64,000 nucleotides of DNA from Octopus sinensis. Its lineage: Eukaryota. The position numbers and the translations under genes are program-made. Positions 40,181 through 50,895 of this stretch are shown piece after piece. The notes under the pieces are model-generated. The model was given only the letters and a program-made list of their open reading frames with translations, searched no databases and had not been told where the DNA came from. Numbering within the stretch: the stretch's first letter is position 1; every line of letters starts with the position of its first letter. The DNA lies in contig NC_043008.1 in assembly GCF_006345805.1 (NCBI RefSeq), positions 13,206,001-13,270,000 on the forward strand. Reading direction: 5' to 3'.

Positions 40181-41446
40181 AAATTGTCCTTCCTTTAAAG
40201 CATGGTGTGATTCGAAAGAGATTTGACTGCTATTTCTAGGTAAACATGTGTACCCAGAGCTGCAATATCGAAAGTGTCCTTCCTTTAAAACATGGTGTGA
40301 TTCGAAAGAGATTTGACTGTTATTGCTAGGTAATCATGTGTACCCAAACATGCAATATCGAAAGTGTCCTTCCTTTAAGACATGCTGTGATTCGAAAGAC
40401 ATTTGACTGCTATTTCCAGGTAATCATGTGTACCCAAATCTGCAATATCGAAATTGTCCTTCATTTAAGACATGCTGTGATTCGAAAGAGATTTGACTGC
40501 TATATAAATATGTACCGGACCGAATCTAACCGAACCGGTTCGGTTCGATTCTATTCGGACCGGTCCTTCGATTCGTTCCGATCTGAACCGAAGCGGTTCG
40601 GTTCGGTTAGATTCGGTCCAGTCCGGACCCGACCGGTATATATATAGCAGTCAAATATATATATAGCAGTCAAATATATATAGCAGTCAAATCTCTTTCG
40701 AATCACACCATGTCTTAAATGAAGGACAATTTCGATATTGCAGATTTGGGTACACATGATTGCCTAGAAATAGCAGTCAAATCTCTTTCGAATCACAGCA
40801 TGTCTTAAAGGAAGGACACTTTCGATATTGCATGTTTTGGTCCACATGATTACCTAGCAATAACAGTCAAATCTCTTTCGAATCACACCATGTTTTAAAG
40901 GAAGGACACTTTCGATATTGCAGCTTTGGGTAGACATGATTACCTAGAAATAGCAGTCAAATCCCTTTCGAATCACACCATGCCTTAAAGGTAGGACACT
41001 TTCGATATTGCAGCTTTGGGTGCACACATTTACCTAGAAATAGCAGTCAAATCTCTTTCGAATCACACCATGTCTTAAAGGAAGGACACTTTCGATATTG
41101 CAGCCTTGTGTTCACAAGATTACATAGAAATAGCATTCAAATCTCTTTCAAATCACACCATGACTTAAAGGAAGGACACTTTCGATATTGCAGGTTTGGG
41201 TACACATGATTACCTAGCAATAGCAGTCAAATCTCTCACGAATCACACCACGTCTTAAAGGAAGGACACTTTCGATATTGCAGATTTGGGTACCCATGAT
41301 TACCTAGAAATAGCAGTCAAATCTCTTTCGAATCACTCCATGTCTTAAAGGAAGGACACTTTCGATAATGCAGCTTTGGGTAGACATGATTACCTAGCAA
41401 TAGCAGTCAAATCTCTTATGAATCACACCACGTCTTAAAGGAAGGA
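40181..41446. repeat. Inverted arrays of an exact 90-bp minisatellite unit around a self-complementary spacer
   Basis: Plus units start at 40181, 40271, 40361 and 40451 (last partial). Reverse units start at 40681 and recur every 90 bp to 41401 (last partial, ends ~41446). Spacer 40504-40680 contains GGACCGAATCTAACCGAACC and its inverse GGTTCGGTTAGATTCGGTCC. Confidence 0.96.
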
Positions 41447-41635
41447 TCATCATGATGAAAACGAGGACGACGATGATGATGATAATGATGAAGACGAATA
41501 TGGCAATTACGATGATGATAATGACAAAGTTGATGGTGATGATGACTACGACGACGACGGCGATGATGACAACGACGATCATAATGATGAAGACTATGAT
41601 GGCGATGACGATGAAGATGATGATGATGACGTTCT
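41447..41635. repeat. GAT/GAC/AAT triplet mosaic
   Basis: Degenerate (GAT)n abutting the end of the 90-bp array. Confidence 0.9.
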
Positions 41636-41761
41636 AAAGTAAACTCAATGCATTTAGCCAACAGTTCATAACTTCTATTATTACTTTGCTTTCTTGTAAC
41701 GAAGACGTTTCTCTCTATTTTCTTCGCCCACACAGAAACAACAGACTTCATTCTGATTATA

Positions 41762-42163
41762 GGCGCAGGAGTGGCTGTTTGGTAAGTAGCTTGCTAACCA
41801 ACCACATGGTTCCGGGTTCAGTCCCACTGCGTGGAATCTTGGGCACGCGTCTTCTGCTATAGCCCCGAGCCGACCAATGCCTTGTGAGTGGATTTGGTAG
41901 ACGGAAACTGAAAGAAGCCCGTCGTATATATGTATATATATATGTGTGTGTGAATATGTTTGTGTGATTGTGTTTGTTCCCCTAGCATTGCTTGACAACC
42001 GATGCTGGTGTGTTTACGTCCCCGTCACTTAGCGGTTCGGCAAAAGAGACCGATAGAATAAGTACTGGGCTTACAAAGAATAAGTCCCGGGGTCGATTTG
42101 CTCAACTAAAGGCGGTGCTCCAGCATGGCCGCAGTCAAATGACTGAAACAAGTAAAAAGAGAG
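41762..42163 (+). mobile_element. SINE family A, full length
   Basis: Complete head, short internal TA/TG tract, complete tail. Confidence 0.95.
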
Positions 42164-42689
42164 AAAAAAATAGAAATACGCAGGCAGCGATTTCTGAAAA
42201 GAAATGTCTACAGCAATTTTCATATCATGAAAAAGTGGTGCCGTAATTAAATAATAAATATTTTGTGATCAAATTAAATCTATTAGAACATGTTAAAAGA
42301 ATTTCATGCGATTACCCCATACATCGTAACTCCTAGCTGTAGAAGTGTATTTTAACTACTAAAGTATTTGTCTTTTTGGACCCTGGGTGGTCTAAACAAA
42401 ACCAGTTTTGGTGGGTTTTGAAATTAAATCATCGCCGAATGTGTTTGTTACGCAATAAATGTAATACATAATTCTTTCTTGGAAAAAAAGCCATATATTA
42501 TGGCTGAGCGTCTAGCCGATTGTATCGATCGGAACATCTAACTGGTACTTACTTTATCTCGACAAGTGATAGGTAAAGTCGACATTGCCGGCATTTGAAC
42601 TCAGAACGTAAAGTTCACTGCATAGTGCAATGATGTTATCCGCTTCACAACCGCTTCTGTTAATACATCGCGAAATAATGTTAGCTGAA

Positions 42690-42714
42690 CTATCATTATT
42701 ATTATTATTGTTAC

Positions 42715-42764
<50 letters not shown>

Positions 42765-42917
42765 CTACTATTATTGTTACTATTATTGTTATTATTATTG
42801 TTATTATTATTATTATTGTTGTTATTATTATTATTGTTGTTATCATTATTATTATTATTATCATTATTATTATTATTATTATTAATACTGATAATAATAA
42901 TAATGTTAATAATGATG

Positions 42918-42962
<45 letters not shown>

Positions 42963-42970
42963 TTTATAAT
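42690..42970. repeat. (ATT)n followed by (AAT)n microsatellite (inverted simple repeats)
   Basis: ATT/GTT triplets 42690-42885 switch to AAT/GAT at ~42890. Confidence 0.95.
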
Positions 42971-44450
42971 AGTATAATTTCTTTTCATGAAAATTATAGA
43001 TACAAAAATTAATTGGCATTGTGTTATCTTTTGACGTATTTTCAAACTAGACAAAAAAAGCAACAAACCAAGACCAATATAATATCAAAAAAAAAGAGAA
43101 AAAAGTAAAATAATATTATAACAGCAGAACTATAATCATGGCCGAATATCATAACATGAATTGAACAATACAAATATTTGCCGAATAGCATGACCCTTTT
43201 AACTGTTTTGAACTTGTGGTAATTGCGCTTAAATTTATTGATTTCCTCACGTTTATGTTAGTCTCATAAATAGATTAGCTTTTGTTATCAGTGGAACAAA
43301 TGTGATAATACAAGCTGAAATGAGAGGCTAATCTGACTGTACGTCAACTGAACTTTGACTGAAGTCACATAAAAGTAATCAATGTAGTGGAATTTGCTAA
43401 AGGAGTCATCGTATCTCCATACATTTACATAAGTCCGTATGCACTGTTATAGTTTTGATCAACCGTTTCAGACATTTCACGTATCTATCGATCAAGAACA
43501 TGGTAGGTTCTTTTTGCTAGTAAAAGACTATTAAACACTTCATTAGAGATATCTAAGGAGCCAGAAAATCATTTAGCAGGCGCATCACATTCGAAGCGTT
43601 ATTGCACATAATTGATGCCTTCTTTTCCATGACCATGTTCCGAAATTGAAGTTCCATTTCGTTCGCAACACCTGAAGGAAATAAGTAATCTTTGTTACTA
43701 ATTTAACAAGTAATATAATTTCGAGTATCTCAATAGGTACTTAAATCTGTCACATCAATGCCTATTCTACCATCCTGACATGCCATTATCGTGGTTGCTA
43801 CGAACTGTAATTAATGGCTATTCAGAATTGCACATCTGACTTTCGCACGAAAGCTCTATCCATTTCTTCCCTTATCTTAATTTCTATCCAACCTTTACGA
43901 TTACAATAAGGTTGCTAATAATTTATTCTATTCATCAGTACATAATTCTGTCGATAGTATAATTAATTTCGAGCTTGATTATCATCTCTCTGATAGTATA
44001 TTCCCATGCAATGTAAACGCTTATTTTTCTTCTCTTGGTGAGTAAGTACTTTCAAGTGAATGTTCGATCCCAATCAGATGAGTTTGTTTGAAAATGCCTT
44101 CAATTTATGGTTATAGTAATTCCCGCCGTTACGCCATTAGAGCCATTAAACAAATGCAGATAATTTTATGCTTAAATATATGTGTGGAAGTGTATGGCTC
44201 ACAGTGCAACAACCCACAGAATATAAATCAGTATTTAAGAGAAAAATCATATTAAAGTACTAATTCCAGCGAAAAAATGCGAGAGAGATCATAAAAGCGA
44301 TCACTCTCTATACATCAACGTATATAGTTATATAAGTAAAAGATATGTCTTATCTAAGGAATGAATACGTCTAGTGACAATGATAATAATAATAATATAA
44401 TAATAATAATAATAATAATAATGATAATAATAATAATAATAATAATAATG

Positions 44451-44484
<34 letters not shown>

Positions 44485-44486
44485 TA

Positions 44487-44525
<39 letters not shown>

Positions 44526-44526
<1 letters not shown>

Positions 44527-45060
44527 CTGGAACTTCATCATTCAAACTGATAGAAAGATAGATTGCGAATAGGCCAGGCATCATATTGAAAGACTTCAGA
44601 CAAAAATCATGCCACCTTATTGATATGACTGTCCCAATCGATATAAATGTATCTGTCAAGAACTACCAAAAACTGAGCAAATATAAAGATCTTTAAATAG
44701 AAATTAGCAAAATGTGGAACCTGAAGACTAAAACAATACCTGTTGTCATAGGTGCCCTGCGAGCGATAGGAAAAGGGACTGATTGCTACCTAGCTCAGAT
44801 ATCAGGAAACCCCAAAATGGCAGAAATGCAAAAGATAATGCTCGTGGGAACTGCTCATATCCTACGCAAATTACTTTCTATGTAATCTAAAGTTTTATAA
44901 CAAACATAATTTTCTTATGGTTTCTTAAACATTCACTAGTACAACACTAAGGACAAAACCAAATATATGGCACCCTAGACATAACACCAAAATGAACTTC
45001 CAGCTTGTATCTTGAGGTCTCTGGGTGAGACTTGGAGCCAACTTGTACAAATGTAAAGCA

Positions 45061-45061
<1 letters not shown>
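44526..45061 (+). mobile_element. 5'-truncated R4/Dong-clade retrotransposon 3' end (RLE endonuclease + 3'UTR) within (TAA)n
   Basis: Translation WNFIIQTDRKID-NRPGIILKDFRQKSCHLIDMTVPIDINVSVKNYQKLSKYKDL*IEISKMWNLKTKTIPVVIGAL..GTAHILRKLLSM* matches the R4/Dong PD-(D/E)xK domain. One frameshift, TAA at 44694, terminal stop 44883-44885. (TAA)n on both sides (~44380-44525, 45062-45132). Confidence 0.9.
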
Positions 45062-45103
<42 letters not shown>

Positions 45104-45869
45104 TAATAATAATAATAATAATAATGATGATGAGGGAGAAGAGTAATTCGATAAAGAAAAAAACTTTATTTCAAAACTTTTCAAGTGAATGAAAATAATG
45201 ATGAAGTGAAATGGAAAAACTTTTCATTCTTGTATTATATAAGTTTACCTTTTCTTTCTTTTCATCAATTCAGTCAGACTCTCCGGCGCGAATGCATGAC
45301 AGCATCAAACTTTACTCACTGAAAAGGATGAACATATACTTTGACAGATTACACCGCCAGTCTTTGTAGTGAACATAGAAAATATAACCTGTACAATTTA
45401 GCCCTAAAATACTTCTTTTGATAGTCTACGATAGCGATGCATGTATGCTGGCATGACAAATTTTCTTTCATTTTACGACATGGAATATATTATATATAAA
45501 AAAAAGATAATTGCAGATAATCAATAATATCATGTACCTTTTCACCTCAGATAATTTCAATTCCTTGTGGGGAAATTGACGACTCCATACAATCCTTCCA
45601 ATCATAAAGAAAAAAAAATTACTTCGTATTTCACAATTTTTTCTTCCGTTTCTAGAATCTATCACTTTTCTGTGTTACTTTATTTCTGCTGTATCCTTTT
45701 ATATATGTAATAATGTATGGACTTAGTAATTTCATCGACTCTGTTTTGTCATACCATTTCAATGCTTCTTTATATAGTTAACCGCGTAAAGAAGACGAAT
45801 GCTTTCAGATTTTAAAAAGGCCATATATATTCGTACTTTATTATTTTTTTTACTTTATATTGGTTTCAA

Positions 45870-46085
45870 TCTGGGGCACAAGGCCAGCAGATTTGGACGA
45901 GGTGTTAAGTCGATTACAAAGGTGATTACATCGATCCTAGTGCTCAACTAGCTCTTCTTTTATCGACCTCAACAGGATGAAAGGCAAAGTCGACCTCGTC
46001 AGAATTTGAACTCAGAACTTAAAGACGGGCGAAACACCGGTAAGCATTTGTCCGGCGTGGTAACTTTTCTATCAGATCGCTGCCT
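45870..46085 (-). mobile_element. SINE family D, degenerate
   Basis: AGGATGAAAGGCAAAGTCGACCTCG..GAATTTGAACTCAGAAC. Confidence 0.8.
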
Positions 46086-46255
46086 TGTCTGTACGTTGTA
46101 CTAACAGCTTGTGAGGGTCCTCTCTAGGGATGTCGATGATTTTCGGTACTAGTCATCCACAATGCCGCTATATCTATGAATTACGCGGAAATTTGGGTGA
46201 TTCACCACACGTTTGTTAGTTTTATTACGAGGATTATTAGGACCTACTCGACAGA

Positions 46256-48001
46256 ATGTACATCCTAGAAATGACATTTAATCATAATCATTGTTCGACC
46301 GAGAAATCCATCAAAGACCTATCAGGCAAAAATTCTGGGTCATCAATTAGAATTAAAGGGGGATCAGCTAAGAAGCGTTTAGAAAATTGGTCAACCCATT
46401 TTAAAAACCTCCTTGGGAAGAATGCCAAAATCCCTGATAACCCCACTCTCCCAAGTGTGCCTATATCAGACACGCTGGACATCAACACCTCCCCTTTTAC
46501 CATATTTGAACTAACAGCAGCCACCAAGCAACTAAAAGCCTCGAAAGCATTTGGTCCCGACAACATTCCAGCTGTAATTTGGAAGGATGATAGATTTCAC
46601 ACACTTTTGCTCAACCTCTGCAACCACACACTTTCCACCTTTGTCGCTCCAAAGATTTGGCACCAATCTCAAATCATTCCAATACCCAAAAAAGGCGATT
46701 TGTCCCTCGTCACCAACTACAGGGGCATATCTCTAATGTCAATTGCTGCAAAACTGTACAGCAAACTGATCCTAAATCGTCTTGACCTTTTTGTTGAACC
46801 TTTGTTCCGAAAGAACCAAAATGGATTCAGACATGGGCGCTCAACGCTAAGCCAGATACTATGCCTGCGCAGACTTATTGAAGAATCAAAAGCATTTAAT
46901 CGCGATCTTGCAATGGTATTTGTAGACGTTTCTAAAGCGTTCGATTCTGTAGATAGGTACAAGATGTTTGAAATCCTTAAGCTCTATGGGATACCAGACA
47001 AAATTATTTCTGCCATCAAGGTCCTCTACACAGATACGTCTTCAACCATCTTAACCCCTGATGGAGAAACATCATCTTTCTCAATCAAAGCCGGAATACT
47101 GCATGGAGACACACTCGCCCCATATCTTTTCATCATTTTTGTTGATTATGTGCTACGTATGTCAGTTGATACCATCTCTGGCAAGGGCTTTGAAATAAAA
47201 CCAAGAAGAAGTTCCAGACACCCAGCTGAGTACTTGACAGACACTGACTTTGCTGACGACATCGCTCTTATCAGTGATTCTCTCTGCAATGCCCAGTCTC
47301 TTTTACAATCTCTTGAACAAGCCTCAAATTGTGTAGGTCTTTACCTCAATGAGGCCAAAACTGAATACATAAACAAGTGCCTGTCCAACAGAGATTGCAT
47401 CATCCACACTCTCAACAGTGCGCCTTTAAATATGGTTTCTGATTATAAATATCTTGGGTCATACATATCATCATCTGGAAAAGACTTTCTAACTAGAAAG
47501 GGTATGGCCTGGTTAGCCTGTAATGACATGCATAAGATCTGGTCATCAAATCTAAGTAGAGACTTCAAACTTGAAATATTCAAAGCCACAGTCGAACCAA
47601 TTCTACTATATGGCTCAAAAACCTGGACGTTATCAAAGAAGCTTGAGAGGCGGTTGGATGGAACCTACACTCGCCTCCTTATGAGAGCTCAAAATCTCTC
47701 GTGGAGGCGCCATCCAACCAAAATGCAAATATATGGGAAATTACCACCTGTGTCATCTCTTGTGAGAGGTAGGAGAGTCCAGTTTGCTGGACATTGTTGT
47801 AGAGCTGAAAAAGAAGTAATTTCTACTCTTCTCCTCTGGAAGCCATCTACTCGCAACACCAGAGGGCGCACACTCTCCTACCCTGATGTAATCTCCAGGG
47901 ATACAGGCATCCAGCAACAGGACATCCGTAATGCCATGATGGACCGTGAAGTCTGGCATAGCATAATAAATTCCATTGTCTCGACCACGGTCGAACAATG
48001 A
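46256..48001 (+). CDS. Non-LTR reverse transcriptase (RTE clade), 581-aa stop-free ORF; first ~15 codons probably not element-derived
   Basis: KAFGPDNIP, IIPIPKKGD, NYRGISLMS, QNGFR.GRST, FVDVSKAFDSV, GILHGDTLAP, DFADDIAL, YKYLGS, LLYG..TWTL, FAGHC. Confidence 0.93.
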   Translation: MYILEMTFNHNHCSTEKSIKDLSGKNSGSSIRIKGGSAKKRLENWSTHFKNLLGKNAKIPDNPTLPSVPISDTLDINTSPFTIFELTAATKQLKASKAFGPDNIPAVIWKDDRFHTLLLNLCNHTLSTFVAPKIWHQSQIIPIPKKGDLSLVTNYRGISLMSIAAKLYSKLILNRLDLFVEPLFRKNQNGFRHGRSTLSQILCLRRLIEESKAFNRDLAMVFVDVSKAFDSVDRYKMFEILKLYGIPDKIISAIKVLYTDTSSTILTPDGETSSFSIKAGILHGDTLAPYLFIIFVDYVLRMSVDTISGKGFEIKPRRSSRHPAEYLTDTDFADDIALISDSLCNAQSLLQSLEQASNCVGLYLNEAKTEYINKCLSNRDCIIHTLNSAPLNMVSDYKYLGSYISSSGKDFLTRKGMAWLACNDMHKIWSSNLSRDFKLEIFKATVEPILLYGSKTWTLSKKLERRLDGTYTRLLMRAQNLSWRRHPTKMQIYGKLPPVSSLVRGRRVQFAGHCCRAEKEVISTLLLWKPSTRNTRGRTLSYPDVISRDTGIQQQDIRNAMMDREVWHSIINSIVSTTVEQ

Positions 48002-48016
48002 TGAATGATGATGATT
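46281..48016 (+). mobile_element. 5'-truncated RTE-clade LINE with (TGA)n-like tail
   Basis: RT ORF without an upstream endonuclease domain; ORF ends at 48001 into TGATGAATGATGATGA; terminal hairpin CATTGTCTCGACCACGGTCGAACAATG. Confidence 0.92.
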
Positions 48017-48395
48017 GCGAGTAGATGGCTTCCAGAGGAGACATTTAATGAAAGCATTATATATTTTGAAAACTATCCTCTATCCTCGTTTAATAAAAAC
48101 CTCGTTCTCGTATTGCAGAATTCTTGACATATCGAGCTTAATGGCGATTATTATTCTATTGAAGCTTTACTACTGGTGTTACTGATCGTGCTCGTGGAGA
48201 GGAGGAGAACTAGGAGGATGACGAAGACAAGGAAGACGACGAAGAGAGGGAAGAAAAGGAGAACGATGATGATGGTTAGAGGCAGGATGAGAATGAGGAG
48301 CTTAAAGAACAGAATAAGGGAAATTATCTTAATATCATCATCATCGTCGTCGTCGTTGTCGTCGTTATCATCATCATCATCATCAACGACAGCAA

Positions 48396-48575
48396 CCGTC
48401 CAAGAATTTGGACCTGGAGATCTTCATTTCCAGCGACTTCGAGGGCCACCTCCCAGTGGTGTCGGGCGTCAACGAAAAGCCCTCGACTACAACAAGACGA
48501 CCAAAGTTTTTTCCAAGGTCTGGGTTCTCCCGCCCCTAAGCCCGAGACCATCACCTTTACAACAACAACACCAAC
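48396..48575 (+). mobile_element. Probable retroposon 3' fragment with (CAA)n tail, embedded in triplet mosaics
   Basis: GC-richer ~170-bp island ending CACCTTTA(CAA)n between low-complexity tracts; family not assignable by eye. Confidence 0.3.
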
Positions 48576-49705
48576 AATCAACAGCAACAACAGCAGCAGC
48601 AGCAAACGTAGCAGCAATATTATCATACTTAATAATCAAGAATTTAAATTAAAATTTATTCTTTTACATATTCATCAGTTACAACAATTGCCTAATGCCA
48701 AACTCTATTCGATTAAACCATAAGAATATGCTTTATTGGGTTTTTCTTTTGTAAAGTAGTTATTGCTAATATTGCTATTCTATGAAGTGTAATGCTGCTG
48801 AATAATGAATAATGGTGACGGTGGTATCCAGAACGATAGGTATAATTATTGTCGTTATTTACCATTATTTATATAAGAATACGCATACGGAAACATGTGA
48901 ATTGCGGGTGGTTTATGAGCAGAAGTATATCTAAATTGTTTGTATAGCAGCTACATGTTTTTTTTTGGGGTTTTTTTTTTGGGTACAACTGACATGTTTT
49001 TTTTTATGTATAAATGCAGCTTAAAATATGACTTTAAAAGCAATAATACTTTTAAGAACTACTGTCACCATAACAACGAATTTGATGGAGCATTTAGTAT
49101 CTGGATGACTGAATATATGTCAAATACTTCCAGTCCTTTCACAGTTACCATGCACTTTCTCGGCACCCATGAATGCTGTATATCTCTTCCACTTCCTCTT
49201 CTCTAAAATCGCTTAGATTCAGGCCATTATCGCTCTGCAACCAACTACGACGAACGCACACCAAATTACTACGATTTATTAGTAAAATGTAATTTACGTA
49301 AATATTGCTTTGAGGAGCCAAAGTTCACATTAATATTGGGTAAGGCATCTCCATTAATAACAAATACGATTTTAACTTTAATATTGAATATTTTTTTCAG
49401 TGTAAAAGTACAGTACATTAAGAAGATAATCGCATAAAACAATACAGACACACACATATATATGTATGTATGTATAAATATATGTGTGTGTGTGTTTGTA
49501 TAATTTACTGCATAAAAATTACGAACTACTAAAAGATTCATGCTAGTCTCTTAGTAGCTCATATTTCAATACAGCGTAGATTAAATGATACTTATCTCTC
49601 ATGGATGGAAGGCATTTTTGTTGACATACGATATTATTACAGAACACTAAAACATATATATATATATATATACATACATTCATACATGCATACATACAAA
49701 CAAAT

Positions 49706-49779
<74 letters not shown>

Positions 49780-49796
<17 letters not shown>

Positions 49797-49975
49797 TCTC
49801 CCTAGCACTGCTTGACAACCAATACTGGTGTGTTTACGTCCCCGTCACTTAGCGGTTCGGGAAAAGAGACCGATAGAATAAGCCTCGAGGTCGAATTTCT
49901 CGATTAAAGGCGGTGCTCCAGCATGGCAGCAGTCAGATGACTGAAACAAGTAAAAGAGTAAAATAGTAAAAGAGT
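49780..49975 (+). mobile_element. SINE family A 3' half
   Basis: GCTTGACAACC..GTGTTTACGTCCCCGTCACTTAGCGGTTCGG..CCAGCATGG..GAAACAAGTAAAAGAG; starts at a (TG)n tract. Confidence 0.9.
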
Positions 49976-49976
49976 G

Positions 49977-50028
<52 letters not shown>

Positions 50029-50077
50029 CATACATTCATACATACAAATATACATATATATACAAATATACATGTAT

Positions 50078-50137
<60 letters not shown>

Positions 50138-50209
50138 GGTCCCGGGTTGATTCGGGGTTAACCACAGTAAATAAGGTACTCAATACATAGTAGAGTAAAG
50201 TTAATTTAT

Positions 50210-50331
50210 TATATAGAAGGAGCTTCTACAGGACTAGAACTGTTAATGCCAATACAATTCTTGTTAACTAGCTTCCTGCAGATTTCTCTTGAATGAAACA
50301 GTTCTAGTCCTGTAGAAGCTCCTTCTATATA
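50210..50331. repeat. 35-bp perfect inverted repeat with 52-bp spacer
   Basis: TATATAGAAGGAGCTTCTACAGGACTAGAACTGTT (50210-50244) and its exact reverse complement (50297-50331), running into (TA)n. Confidence 0.92.
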
Positions 50332-50340
50332 ATATATATA

Positions 50341-50398
<58 letters not shown>

Positions 50399-50559
50399 AT
50401 ATACTTGTACATATATGTATAATATATTTGTATAATATATTTCTATATATGTATAATATATTTCTATATATAAATATACGCATATATATATGTATGCATG
50501 TGTATATGCATGTATGTATTTATGTTATATATATAATGTGTGTAAGAAGATAATCGCAT

Positions 50560-50895
50560 TGCGCATGGCTCAGTGGTTAGAGCGTCGAGCTTACGATCGT
50601 GAGGTTGTGAGCTCGAATCCCGGACCGGGCTGCGTGTTGTGTTCTCGAGCAAGGCACTTTCTTTCACGTTGCTCCAGTTCACTCAGCTGTAGAAATGAGT
50701 TGCGACGTCACTGGTGCCAAGCTGTATCGACCTTTGTCTTTCCCTTAGATAACACTGGTGGCGTGGAGAGGGGAGGCTGGTATGCATGGGCGACTGCTGA
50801 CCTTCCATAAAAACAACCTTGCCCAGACTTGTGTCTAGGAGGGTAACTTTCTAGGTGCAATCCCATGGTCATTCATGACCGAAGGGGGTCTTTAC
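50560..50895 (+). mobile_element. SINE family C, full length
   Basis: Homologous to 34763-35104. Confidence 0.93.

Noticed and set aside
40336-40647. 90-bp array as a C2H2 zinc-finger gene or CRISPR array
   Set aside because: The period is 90 bp, not 84; there is no CxxC-12-HxxxH or TGEKP linker; most units carry a stop. There are no unique spacers, no cas genes, and the context is eukaryotic.
46288-48044. Antisense ORFs over the RT and mariner genes
   Set aside because: Shadow ORFs on the opposite strand of real coding sequence.
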